Shown here: in pieces, positions 1-13,523 of the stretch
Layout of the letters: every line of letters starts with the position of its first letter
How positions within the stretch are numbered: position 1 is the first letter of the stretch
Source of the DNA: Ascidiella aspersa
Taxonomy: Eukaryota
Reading direction: 5' to 3'
Length of the DNA: 64,000 nt
Assembly: GCA_963924565.1 (NCBI GenBank)
Contig: OZ004609.1
Coordinates: forward strand, 27,342,001-27,406,000
Position numbers and translations under genes: made by a program
Notes under the pieces: model-generated
Told to the model about the DNA's origin: nothing
Seen by the model: the letters and a program-made list of their open reading frames with translations, nothing else
Databases searched by the model: none

Positions 1-224
1 ACACCGTCCAAAGAAAAAAACAAAAAACATTAGTATTCAGTACACACCAAAAACCCAAAGAACGAAGTCGGTTTTTGTTTATTTGAGGGACTTCAAGGGT
101 TTACCTTTCTATATTATCACTGATGCAAACAGTTTGTGATTTTGTTCTTTAAAACTTCGTGCTGTTACACTACGACAGTTTGAAAACAGTTTCGCCATCA
201 AACACCGTATATTGTGTTTATTAG

Positions 225-1323
225 TTTCGAGGAAGACCTAACCTGGATGATCGGACCTCCCAAGTCGATTATGGGTCACATCCTTTACTGGTACTTCCGG
301 CTTTGTTGGCTAATTATCTCGCCAGCCATTCTCATTGCGGTGACCGGTGCATACCTCTACACCACCATCGTTGGGGTTTTCGAGTATCCCGGCTGGGACG
401 GCGATGTAAGTATTCGCGGAGTTTCAAATAGAAAGGAAAAATATATATTAAAAAATAAGTATTGGTTGGTATGTTGCACGGTATAGGTCTATCTGCAGTA
501 TGCACAGGTGAAAAGCGATTTGGCATCTGGAATCTCGCCATTGAATTGCCCTGCGTTTCAATTTGGTGTTTAACGCCACACAGTTGACAAATTGGATTTT
601 CCTGGCCCAAGCCTATATGTTGACATAATAAGGTTTGGCCCCTTTGTTACATGTGGCCTTCTGTTTGCTTCCGTCTACGTTTCTCTGAATAATTTTGATG
701 ATCCGTGCGCGGACAAATTGCGGTTTGTTGGGAGTGGTGAAATGTATTTCAGCTACCGAAATGCATATGACCATATGTGTTTAGCTTAGGCACGCCAAAT
801 CGAATTATAAAGGTCAATAGGTCTTGCCGCATTTTTCCGCCGCATTTTTCTTAACTCCGTCAAGCTCATATACCTTTCGGTCTTAATCAAACTAATTCAT
901 ATTATAAGTACTAAGATAAATATATTTCGCCAAAAAGATATATTTTCGCTAAAAAGATCATCTTCAGTCTCTTAAATCGAATAAATTAAAATAAAAAAAT
1001 TAGGACAGAAACAGTTTACAGAATGTGTTCATTTTTCTTGAAGGGCGATATCTTATTTATAAATATTAAGTTTGTCATCCATTTACGTTTACTCTATTTT
1101 TTGTGTGCAGGGATCCACGACGACCTTGCCCTATCCTTGGTTCGCCATCTTGGTCATCGTACTGCTTATCGTGCTGCCCTGCATCTTCATTCCCATCAAA
1201 TGGATCTACAGCTGGATAAAGTGCCGCTACTTCGGAGGGGAAGAGCCCAAGGGCCTTCTAGTCGACAAGGACTGGAAGAAGTTCTGGGGCCACATGGCCT
1301 TCTGGAAATACAAGCCCGAATAA
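225..1323 (+). CDS. SLC6 sodium/chloride-dependent transporter (amino-acid/B0AT-like), last two coding exons; 5' part lies before the window
   Basis: Exon 225-405 (ttag|...GAT|gtaagt) encodes FEEDLTWMIGPP..YWYFRLCWLIISPAILIAV..YPGWD (TM11 region). Exon 1111-1323 (gcag|) encodes GSTTTLPYPWFAILVIVLLIVLPCIFIP (TM12)...KPE*. The 181-nt penultimate exon has the same length and phases as exon 11818-11998 of the downstream SLC6 gene. Confidence 0.88.
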
Positions 1324-3950
1324 AGCGCATGATCACATGTGCGCTTCTGATTGGACGCGTCGCGCGGCAAAGAGATTGTCTTCTCTTTTTTCTGTCCGCT
1401 GCGGCTGCCAATCTCATGACTCAAACTGCACTCATCAGGATGACGAACGCAGTACAACCGTGTTTGGAAATCTGGCCGTCTGCCATCGGAAATTAGTTAT
1501 TCATTCCTCGTGTAAGCCTCTTACTGTCTCACGAGCATTTCGCTACACATTAACTGGGTCGGGTTGTTGTTTGCGACATGTTTGTTGGATGATCCTCTGA
1601 CAACATTTAATTAGCTATTGTGAAATAAGTTTATTTTTCATTTATTTAGTTTTACGCTTCGGTTGCATTATTGGCCTAGGTAGGGGTATATTGGTGTTTT
1701 CTCGCACTTTCTATTGTTTTGAAATGAGTATTAAAGTAAAAATATTACTGCGACTATGTTGTTTAGATATCCATTTTCATTACGTTGCCCTGCTTTTACT
1801 TGTAGAAGATGAAAGCCATGGGCGCCAGTAGAAGTCAACTGTTTGACAACTAACGCATTAAAATATATCCAATTTTGATTTGAATTTTTTTGGAAACAAT
1901 AACGTCCATATGAAGCGTTTAAAGATGATTCATACCGGTTATCAAACTTCTGCGGGCGCCCTTGTACATATTTGTCCGACGTTCGAGTCTAACTTTATTT
2001 TACTGTACCTCATATCGGTGTCAGCGTGCCAACTGCGAATGGATATTAGATTCCATCACGTGAAATGCGACAATAAAACGTTGTAAATTGCGACGGGATC
2101 CGTCGGTCAACAAGTTTACGATGTAGTGTGCCCTGAACTGCAGGCCGTCAAACGAAAATGTCCTGTTTTTCTGCGCGCGCTCCTCGCCAAAACCACTCCC
2201 AGATCATTCGTCTTCTTTTCGAGTCAAACAGGACAAAAGAAAAGTTTTCCCAAACTTCTCACAAAACCTCGCTGTGCCAACATCATAAAAAATTCCCGAT
2301 GCCTAACTATGGTGTTTAGGCAAACAGCCGAGATGTTTATATTCGTGCTGCCGTATCGCAACCCACCTTAGAGCTAGTTGTCAGCAGCTTGCGAATATAC
2401 TCTAATTTGATACAGGTTGTTGTTGGTTTAAATTTTATCGCGTTTACGTCAAATTTGCACAGTTGGGTAATATATATGGTGAAATTTTTACTATGGAATA
2501 AGAGACTGTTAGTCGTCAGTTCAACACTTGCAAAGAAAACGGGTCTTTTGGATTAAAAACTGTATTTGCTTTATATTTCAGTTTGGTTTACAAATAAATT
2601 AAAACCATTAAATAATAAGGTACATGTTTGTAATGTCCGACAACGTCAAATCACAACCGATACGAGAACCAGCTGTCAGTACGATACTTTAAAATAGATA
2701 ACTATATACTCCCAAAAATTTAGGCCATGGTATAACAAACTCAGCTTTAACAAAAAATACTTTGTACTGGTCCAAACACAAGTTAAATCAGCTTAAACAA
2801 CGTTAATATGCGAACACAATTTTGTTTTCAGATGATTGTTCCGATAAACGGTATCGTCTTGTTTATAGGTATTATAGATTTAACATGTGTCGGAAATAAA
2901 TAGAAAGCCGTTTTACAATTTCCAGGTGAACATTTGATTACGAAATTTATGGAAGGAGACAAAAGTACATTTGAGTTATTTCCAATATGTGACAGTCTTT
3001 TATGCGTGAAACAGCACACTAAAAAATCCGCCTAAAAACACTAAAGAAGTCAGCTTGAAGGTATCGTAGTTTTAAAATTAGTACAAATCACTGCAATGTA
3101 TCGACACCGGGATTATGGTGCTATATATTTTTTGGCTGTTCATAGGACATCGTTATAGATTGTCGTCTGGATGTGGCCACACACCTAACGACACACGGCC
3201 CTTAAACTTTTGTAATAGATTACGAATATAACAGTAACCAAGGGCGGATAGTTATCAAGGCGGGTCCGGGATTTTTATTTGGGCGTGGCATGAATTTTTT
3301 TTTGTTATAACGTCACAAAAGCTACGTCGTAATATAACGTCATAAAACAACTAATATCAAAAGCACTAGAGGTTTTTCAGCGAAGTCGTACGTTAATGGC
3401 AGCAGAATTAAGTCTAATATCACAAAGGTCTAAGTTGGCAAAACTTTTAATATAAAAAGGCACGTGATGCAAGAAATTACAGCATTCGTAGTTTAATTTA
3501 ACGAAAATTGCACTTTATGTTTTTTACGTTAACACGGCGTGTAACATACTGTAGTATACATGGCGTCTTAGGGATGAATAGATTTTTTTTTTTCCATTTA
3601 TATAGTGAAAGTTAGAAAAAATATAGTTTTTAGGGCACGACCTAATGCTCCTATATAGATCCGCCTTGAACGTTAGTATATTGGCTTGAAAGTGTTTTCG
3701 CCTGGTTTCGGATCCGAAACGGCGCAACATTGGCGAGACATCGCAACGAGTTCGAAAAAACATGTTGTCGTACAACCTTACGTCATTTGCTCTTAACACC
3801 CATAACGCATTCCTCACTAATGTGGTTTTGTTTAAACTGTATAGAGTCTTTACCCGTTACCTAATCAAATAGGGTCGGTGCATCAGATCTTGGTAAAAGC
3901 ATCAGCGACGGATTAAAGTATACGGAGAGAATATACGTCACCGCTACGTC

Positions 3951-6900
3951 ATGACTGCATCGCAAGAGGAGGAGCGCCCTCAGTGGGACAACAAGGCCCA
4001 GTTTTTGCTCACCTGCATCGGATTTGCGGTGGGCCTCGGGAACGTATGGCGATTTCCCTATCAACTGCAGAGCAATGGTGGAGGTAAGAAGTGCTGTTTT
4101 CATTTTTAAACAGCAGTTAGAACATGGGTTCTTAGTCTGTGGGTCAAGGCCCCTGTTGGACCACATGAGCGTTTAAAGGTGGACCACAAAGCATTTGGAA
4201 AATTGTAAAGTTGGTGAACATTATAGTGTTATTCGTTGAATTCTTTAGTTCATTTTACAGTACATTCTCAACTCCTCAAAGGTTCGCATTAATAATTGCG
4301 TTATGTGTAGGTTAGTTTAAATATTCTTCTTTTTTCACATTGTGAAGTTATTCTTAATTTCTTACACATTACAGTTATGTAACCAATTTAAGCAGAACTT
4401 TATAAAGTAAGCCACATAATATTTTCAAAACCAAATAAGAACCCATCCCTGAGTTAGAATGTGATAAGGAATTTTTATAGTTAAATTCGAGGTGGCTAAG
4501 CACTTGTCGCCTGTTAAGTACCTTGCGCACAACATGGCAGTTTTCCAATAAAACGGATATCCATTGAAAAAATATCGGCCGTGTTGAAATCTATACAACT
4601 GATATTGCTTTGATCCTTTGAAGTCGACAAGATAACTTGTATTAAAGTGAGACAAAAGAAACATTTGCAAAAACCAATTTAAACACCAATGCCCCTCATG
4701 CTAACCATTTTTCTAGTCGCCGTTTTTTATATAAAAGGAACGTTTTGTTTAAGAGACGAGACCGTTAACGTTTTTAGGTATAAGTTCTCAATAGACGCCA
4801 TATTTAGGCAACTAGAAATTACAGCATGTTACGTTTCTCAATTATGACTTTTACTTTTTTCTAATTCAGTGAGGAAGAACTAAAACTTTCATCTGACAGG
4901 TGCCTTTCTAATTCCATATCTGATCATGTTGGTATTCGAGGGCTTCCCACTATTGTACCTTGAGCTGGCAGTCGGTCAATGGCTGAGACAGGGAAGCGTT
5001 GGCGCCTGGAAAAAGCTGAGCCGATACATGGTCGGTAAGTTGCCATCAATAACGCCTTTTTTGCAGCCGATAACACTGTCAGGGTGAGTCGGTTGACAAA
5101 ATACATCGATGTTCGTTAACATGCTGGGATGGCTGAATACCGTTATCTTAGTAGGTTTGCCTCTGCCAATAGCGTCCCTGTTGAGGCCTATTATAAAACA
5201 AGCCAAACTTGCATTGAAAGTTGTTCCAGTGAAGAAACTGATCTTTCTATTTGAACGAAACATCTTGTATATATCTTATTCGAACAACAGATCATATATT
5301 TTTGAACATTGCGTTTATTTGTCAACCTAGCCCACCTGGAGGTGTATCGACACATGTCAGGGGTAATGTCGATACATACGTGCACAGTAACATATTTCTG
5401 TCAAAAAGCGTCGCTCGTGCTGGCAATACAGCTATTTGAATAAATAAATTTAATGGTAGTGTTGGATGCTAGCTTTGCTGTTCATTGAATACTTAGCACT
5501 TAAAACTACCACCTTATTGACGACATATCGACATTTGTTAAACTGTATAAAGTAAGCAAAATTGACTGCTATTCTATCCAAAATCAATTACGTCAGTACC
5601 ACGAAAGGTGAAATAAACAAATCTTCAGGCTGAAACCTGCAGAGGCCATGTGAACTACAATATTAGGCCTTAAATGGTGACTTAAGAAGTGCAATTATAT
5701 TTTATGGTGTCTAAAAATCGTTGCATTGGACTACTATAATTAAATGAAATTCACACAATAATTTAGTGTCGGATTTCTACCAATACCAACTTAGTTTCAA
5801 ACGAATAGCAATGCCAACACCTGATGATACCCGGTATCAGCTTCGATCCGATATTACGCGACATTCCTTGTACCTTTCCGTATATTTACACAAAGAAGTT
5901 TAAGTGTGCTTTATATGCGTTTGCGCAGGTGTCGGTGTTTGCAGTTTGTTCGTGTCGTTGCTGGTCGGCATGTTCTACAATACGATCATCGCCTGGTGCA
6001 TTTGGTACCTCTGCAATTCCTTCCAGGTAAAGGCAAAACGCGAACAACGAATTCATGGCGCAGTAAAAAGGGACGCTGAATTTACGAGAGCAATGAACCT
6101 CCCAATATAAAGCAGTAAATTGGCGCAATAAAAAATTGCCATTACTTTGGAAACTGCATGTTAAACTCTTTAAAGAGCACATTTATTTAAACAGGCCCTT
6201 AATTATACATAAAATAAAATCAACCCACTATCAGAGGGGAACACAGGTGCCTTGGAATTTCTGGCCTTTTTAACTACGTAAATGCAAAATGTTTAGCGTC
6301 AGCGCTTATGTGGCTAGCCTACATTTCTGATGTCCTTTTTCAGCCCAAAGGTGTCATGCATCTCATCGTACCATTCAAAATAAAAGTTTGGCCGACTTAT
6401 AGTATATAAAGGCGTTTTTTCGCTTTGTGCGAATCTATAACTTTGTAATATAGCCTTTGTTTCGAAAGTAACACTTTTCCAACCTAATACAAAAAATAAA
6501 CAAACTGTGTGTTCTTAAGATTACTTTCTTATGGCGGCGCCACGTTTAGTTGTACCTTTGTGACGACACGTTTTGACGTAACATTGTGACGTTACTTTTG
6601 CGACGTCATGTTTTTACATAAAAAACGTAAATATGTGACGCCATATTAAAAAAAATTTAAATCGCACCCCTCACAACCAAAAATTGTAGATCCCGCGCCT
6701 CTCAACGCTGATAGGCAACCTCCAATCACAGAGGAAAAAACTCCTTTAACTTTTGACAGGAGCCGCTTCCGTGGAGCCGGTGCCCGGTGAACGCGACCGA
6801 CAACACATCGTACGTGGCCGAGTGCAGTGCATCGTCCAACACCGAGTACTACTGGTACCGCGTCTCCCTCAACATCTCGCCCGACATAGCCGAGGCCGGT

Positions 6901-9900
6901 GAAGTCCAGCTTCATCTACTCGCAGCACAGGTCCTCGCCTGGCTCATCGTGTGCCTCTGCGTCATTAAGGGCATCGCGTCATCGGGAAAGGTGAGTGAAC
7001 CCGCTTTGTCCGACCATGCGCCTATTCTTGCCGTAGTGTTTGCACGGCGCATCGCACGATTTCGGCAGGCTATAAATCAGCAGCGAAAATATATAGAAGG
7101 TTTATTGTCGCCCTGACGCTGCCAAGGCGCGGTGCTCCCGTCGGACTGAAAAACACGGCATCCGGCCCTTTTCTGGCTTAAGCCTTCTTTGTGTTTCGCA
7201 TCATATGCGACACGAAATAATAAAATTGAATTTTTGCTCCACAACCCGGTACTGCCTCATTGGCAACACACCCCCAAAGGTTCTAGGCCCTGAAAAAATT
7301 GGCAGGCAGCCCTCTTAAAAGCATATCAGGTATTTCAAGTTAGGCTGGTAGTGTGAATGAGCATTTCGAAGTAATTGTGATTTACTGCATCCCGAATTTT
7401 TTTTTTGAATTTTTAACGCCATTCCTGTATTTGTATTATCCACATATCGTGCTTTAATATGTTTTCAGTGCTCTATAATGTCTATTAAGGATATATGCAA
7501 TGAATAACTCCAAAAGCGTAAAATCCTTCTCGGCCTATTTTTAAAAGCAATTTACGTTGCGACCAATGACCAACAGCAGAAAAAAGCGACCGTTGAAAAA
7601 ATCGTTTTGAGCGTTGGCTCACACGAAAGTCAACAAAGGTGTGGAAAAATTTATTAAAAACTTAGAAAACTATTATGACAGGTTTGAACCATAAAAGTAC
7701 TGTGATGACAACGCACACAAAAAGCACAAAAATTTAGGTTAATTATTAAACGAAAACTGCCCTGCCACAGATGACAAAGCAGTTGGGATAATAGAAAGAG
7801 AAAGGAGGTTTCCATTTTTAGGAGCTTACCTTAAGGAACAGTTTGGCAGGAGATCACCGATAACATTTTTAGTGTTTATTACCACTGTAAACAACCCTTT
7901 TCGTTTAACGTCATCCGGCGATAGTCTGGATTTATTTAGTTTTCGCCTTCAATTGGACAACATTTCCCGGGGCTCGTCACATTTATGTTTTTATTTTAGG
8001 AAAATAACGTTGGACCTCTGAAGCTATTTCTTTAGGTGATGTTTATTTACCAATAGCTGTTAAACCAATTTGGCCATTTTTTCAAACAAGCAAATTATTT
8101 CAAAACAGTCATGTTGTCCAAATTGATGATAGACTTTATTTATCTTTTTAAAATTTTTTTAAAATATACCATAACAAATGGTAGGTTTTGACAAACGTAT
8201 CTGGAAGTTGACTTTTATTTCCCAAACTTGCTCCCCTGAATTGGCAAAGCAGCTGGCGTAAAACCTAATTAAATATTGGAAACATGGCCATAAATACGTA
8301 TACTGATTCTTATAAATAGAGTCGTGCAATGTGAAATTTGGTGGAATAGCACTATAACAAACATCTTCAAAAAACATTAAACATTACACCCTAAACAAAT
8401 TGAGGCATAAATTTAATAGTACTTTTTTGTCATGTTTAGGTGGTGTACTTTACGGCAACATTTCCATACGTGGTGATGTTTTGTTTTCTGATTCGCGGAC
8501 TAACCCTTCCTGGGTCCAGCACCGGACTCTCCTACCTATTTAATCCGGACGTAAGTGCTATGTCTCCACCTAGCGACAAAAAATATGTATTGGGTTCGCT
8601 GTTTAACGATAAAAAAACCTTGCCATTTACTACGCTTAGTTAAACGTTAAAAAAACACTCGAAGCCAAGACATTTAAATTGCTAGTACATTGCGAGATTA
8701 CCACCCCCTAATTAGCCTGTTGTAGGGAATAACACATTTACTGCAATAAAACCAAGAAGGCCGATCAATTTGGTTAAAGTCGGTTATGAGCTTATCAAGG
8801 CCTGGTTAAGTGACACCGAAGTAAAAACATAATCTAAAACATGCATTTTCATTTCTGATAGACGTTTCTTTCATGCACGCCCAAACAAAAGCAGCCAGCA
8901 GGCTACAAACTGCCAATTACCGTAAAGAATGAAAAACGTGTCAGATCTCTTTATTTCTGTGGCGTTTAACACAGGCGTTTAAAAATGTTAGGCACATCAG
9001 CAACGAGTAACCTATCCGCTTTTTCACCAGCTGAGCGTCCTGTCCGATCCGCAAATTTGGCTAACGGCGGCTACGCAGATATTCTTCTCGCTGAGTCTGG
9101 CCTTCGGCGGCATGATCGCCTTTTCGAGCTACAACAGCAAGGACAGTGACGTGGAGCTGGATACTGCCATCGTGTGCGTCACGAACAGCGTCACAAGCTT
9201 GCTGGCCAGTGTCGTCATATTCTCTGTACTCGGCTTCAAGGCGACCGTCGACTTCGAGGAATGCGCCAACCAGTGAGTTTGGCAGGTTTTTATACCACAC
9301 AATGAAGTAAAACATAAGTGCCGGCTGTTTATTGGTCTCATAGAGGTAATAATACCACCCGTGTTGTTGTTTTTTCAGAAACATTCAGACCATGCTTGAC
9401 CACTACGATTTACCGGAGGGAAACATTACGCTTGACACCTACCAGCAGTTTCTTGACGACAACAATATAACGATCGTCGACGGGGTGCACACCCTGCTAG
9501 ATATGCCCGAGTGCAGTGTCACCAAAAATTTGGATAACGTAAGAACCAATGCTCTTAGAGTCTAGACTCTAGAGTCCTAAAATACTCTAGACTTAGCGTA
9601 CAAAAAAGGTTTCAATTCACAAATTTAGGCGTGTCTTCTACAATGCGCGAAAGTAAGGCTTTTTTAGTTTTGTGCCAGTTAGCCAGAATTGTAATGACTC
9701 AAGTCAATGACTTAACTTGTGGTTTCCAGCCTAGGGGTCGCCCTCCATAGGGGTCGCAAGCGGTTTTCAGGGGGTCGCCGTCTACTGATAAAAAAAATTT
9801 ACAACAAAACGAAATACAATGTAAACTAAAAATTTAGCAGTTGAAGAGCAATGCCACCTCCAGCCATGGCATTTATACACAATTGAATCCTCTATAACAA

Positions 9901-12640
9901 TATTTTTCCCTATAGTCTATGCACGGATCTGTCAATGTCAAAGTCAAAATGGCGAATTAATCAACATCATCTTCAGTTATGTTAAAAGTGTGTATCGAAA
10001 CGTCCGTTTTAAGATGATTCGATTTACTTAACGTTTTTGACTTTGGCATTCCTGACTAAGTAACATATTTCCCTATTTAAATGATTCAGAGGAAAACGAT
10101 ATTATATAAAAACACAATATAAAAATTACTGCTATAAAAATCATTTAATCTTGAGTAAGATGACTTTAATTTTAGACTTTAAAACCTTGTATGAATTCTT
10201 ATTGGTTTGTTAAGGTATTTTACAAGATTACGGCAGCCAATTTTTTGTTGCTATCACGTAACCACATTTTTGGTTTTGAGGATAAAAGATTCTTATGACA
10301 GAAATAAACCTTAAGCCTTTTACTTAGTTACTTATATAGCGTAATTTCGGTAATTCTTTCCAATATTTAATACCTGTTCAGAAATTTAAACATTTTGCAA
10401 AAGGTAAAAAGATTTATTCTGATTTACGTGTTATACGCCAAAATTGGAGGGTCACGTATGTCATCAAAAACTGGAAAGAGTGTCGCGACAACAAAAAGAT
10501 TGGGAACCATTGATATATCCTCTTTTGTTTGATGACCTTTGGCCGATTAACCAAGTAAGAATTCCTCGCACAGAATAGAAAAACACCGCAAAATAGAAAT
10601 GGCTCCATCTTATTCAAAGCCGTAAAGCTAATATAAACCCTTTTCAGGGTGCGTCGGGAACCGGGTTGGCTTTCATTGTTTTCGCCGACGCCATCTTGGA
10701 AATGCCGGGGTCGCCGTTCTGGGCGATTCTCTTCTTCCTGATGCTGCTTACGCTGGGTCTCGACTCCATGTTCGGCAATATTGAGGGCGTCCTCACTCCT
10801 CTTAATGATCTCGGTCTCACCAAAAGGTTCAGGAATGAATACGTCGTCAGTAAGTTTTCGCAATATTTTAGCTTGTCGATTGGTGCTCCAATAACGCGTA
10901 GCACATATGTCATACAATTGCTTAGAGCAGAGTTTCGCAACCATTTAAAATGTCTCACTGAGACAATATTAAAATTTTGCCTGTGGGAAACTTGTATTTA
11001 TGTACGTGGTGGTAATTGAATGAATTGGTTATCGTCCGTATTTGTCGTGATGGTGAAGAAACTATTTTTAAAACCCCTTCTTGCCTTTTAATCTATTTTC
11101 ATGCCTGATACCCGGGTTTTCAAACATGCAGCCTATATAGCGTTTAGATTAGTCATTATCTTTGTAGTGTACTGGCATTTTAAAGTGGTATTTTCAAAAT
11201 AAATTTTTGATTCAAAAAATAATACAAGATCAAATATTTAAAAATATATAATTCGCTCTAGTGAAATCGTTTATCTTTTTTATAAAAAAATATTTAAACA
11301 TTTATCCTTTAACAAAACAAATAATTTTGATCGTGCATTTAATTTTGATTTTACCACATTTTATACTGGTTTTAATTTTTTGTTTTAAAATTCAGCCTAT
11401 ATTTGTAGTTGGAATTATAATTTTTTCCTTCCTGGTGTCTTTGACGTTTATCATACAATCCGGCAACTACTGGCTGGATATTTTCAACGAATACGCTGGT
11501 TCGTTGCCACTCCTTATCATTGCCTTCTTCGAGCTGATTACGGTCGGATGGATTTACAGATACAGCAAGTAAGCCAAACGCATTTAGAACAGGCTATGCT
11601 ATAAATAAACATAATTATTGCAACAAAATTTGGACGTTTCATTTTTTACGTATGTTGCTTGTTTTTTGACAAAAATGCCGTGCAGGGCTTTAACTTACGT
11701 TGACTTCACTGGGCGCTCATGATTAAATTCGACTGAGCAGTTTTCCTTTAACTTTGACAAATTTGCATTATCACAGGGATTTAAAAGAAAATTTTTTTTA
11801 CCAATCACCTTTTTTAGTTTTGAAAGGGAACTGCGCGCTATCTTACCACCACGAACCGGAATAGTTCGTAAAGCATTGGGTTGGTTCTGGTGGGCGACAA
11901 TTCCGATCATCAGCCCATTGCTACTCTTGGCTGTGTTTATCTATTATCTTTACGACATTGCCACGAAGCCTTCATCTTATTCAGCGTGGCAACCCGAGGT
12001 ATGTCGTAAATAGTTATTTACAATTCAAATTAGTAATTAAAGCACTATTTCGATTGAATAATAGTGTCTCGAGTCTAATTTTCTATACAATACATTGTAT
12101 TTTCAGGGCGGCTACTAGTTCTGTATCAAATTAAACAAATGCTGCATCAGAAATAAAAATCAATATCGATAGTAAACTCGCTTACCTGATTGACTTTTAG
12201 CTGATAATATTTGGCATTATAAGTTATAAGTATAGGCTAACTGCATCTAATCTTTCATTGTGTTGTCTCAGAACAATGTTACGCAGACTTTTTCAAACCG
12301 CAAAACTTACATGTTTTTTATTCAAACACCGAGTTATTTTTAACAGGGAATGAACGTGGTCAAGCCTTTTCCCGAGTTCGTGGTCGGCGTCAGCGCCCTA
12401 ATTACTCTGGTCTGCACGATTTGGATTCCGATCGGCGCCCTGTACGAGCTGGTAAAGTATCTAATGCGTCGCAAAAACCCGACCAGTGCATTACGGATGG
12501 ACGCAAACAACGGACAGCCAGCCGAAGTTCAGAGTAAAGACGTCGGAATCTACAACGAAAGCTTCCAGGGCAGGGCAAGCACCAAACCGCAGACCAGCTT
12601 TCAGTCGAACGAAAAAGACATACCCTACATTGACCAGTAG
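3951..12640 (+). CDS. SLC6 neutral amino acid transporter, SLC6A18/SLC6A19/SLC6A20 (B0AT/SIT1)-like, 11 coding exons, ~648 aa
   Basis: Exons 3951-4083, 4900-5034, 5929-6026, 6760-6990, 8440-8550, 9031-9272, 9379-9538, 10648-10849, 11409-11568, 11818-11998, 12347-12640; all GT-AG and in phase. SNF-family motifs: [99 protein letters not shown]. The long Cys-flanked EL4 insert (ECANQ...ECSV) is typical of the B0AT/SIT subfamily. Confidence 0.93.
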
Positions 12641-13049
12641 GGTAACGGGCCAACTTGCAAAGCCCACATCATGTTTTTCTCAGCAAACCAAAGACGACAG
12701 AAGGCATTTTCTATAGCGTACAAAACGAGTCAGCTGTTTTTACGAACCCTTTTTCAGTTTCATTGTTGTGATGGAACTCGTGAAATAGATCATTACATAA
12801 TTTCGATTTGCGTTTTGTAAAGTTGTAGATCAACTTGTGACTTAATACTTCTCGGTTAGGGTTTGTTGCTTCTGATAAGGTTCCCAACATTCGGTTTAAG
12901 AAATACAACAACATGTCCCTCAGCTTATGATATCTTTCTTTGTGCCCTTTGTTTTGTGACGTTGGCCTTGTGTTTACGTAATATACAGAATCTTCATATT
13001 GTAAATATAGTACACTGAAAGCCATCGCAGATTCACCGAATCTGTAGAC

Positions 13050-13137
13050 CATGCAAGCAGGGCAGACTAGAAAAACTTCGAACTCAGGACCTCCGGTCAA
13101 GCCGGGACCGTCGCTCTACCAACTGAGCTATGCAGGC
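13050..13137 (-). mobile_element. tRNA-derived SINE-like head (Pol III A/B boxes), truncated
   Basis: Minus strand reads GCCTGCATAGCTCAGTTGGTAGAGCGACGGTCCCGGCTTGACCGGAGGTCCTGAGTTCGAA. It contains an A box/D-arm (GCTC..GAGC), a 5-bp anticodon-like stem (CGGTC/GACCG) and B box GAGTTCGAA, but no T-stem closure or acceptor 3' strand. A related copy lies at 28991. Confidence 0.7.
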
Positions 13138-13248
13138 TCAGAAGGGAACGAGTCGAGAAACAACCATACGCCAATGCTTACTCACTCTGTTAGTACAAGC
13201 AACTTCATGGTTGTTTCTCGACTCGTTCCCTTCTGAGCCTGCATAGCT
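13126..13248. repeat. Perfect 42-bp inverted repeat (hairpin) with 39-nt loop
   Basis: 13126-13167 AGCTATGCAGGCTCAGAAGGGAACGAGTCGAGAAACAACCAT is the exact reverse complement of 13207-13248. Confidence 0.95.
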
Positions 13249-13523
13249 AGATCTCAGTTGTTAACACTCATATGTGTTGACATATGTTTCATTGTATATT
13301 GTAACTATAGTTCTTTGTTTACTTATGTGCTACTTTGTATGTAGATGTGATTCAACAGTTATTATTTAAATAAAGTATGAATCTTGCACGTCATTTTAAA
13401 TGTATAACCTTACGTCTTCAAGATTCAAACTCATTCCAATGCCGCATTCAGACCAATAGAGAATTTTAGACAAACATTATATCACTTTTCAATCAATACA
13501 ATTCGGATTTTTACGCTGTAGAT

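Noticed and set aside
13077-13137. Functional tRNA gene
   Set aside because: The D-arm and anticodon-like arm are present, but the loop lacks U33, and the T-stem 3' side and acceptor 3' strand are missing. It is better explained as a SINE head.
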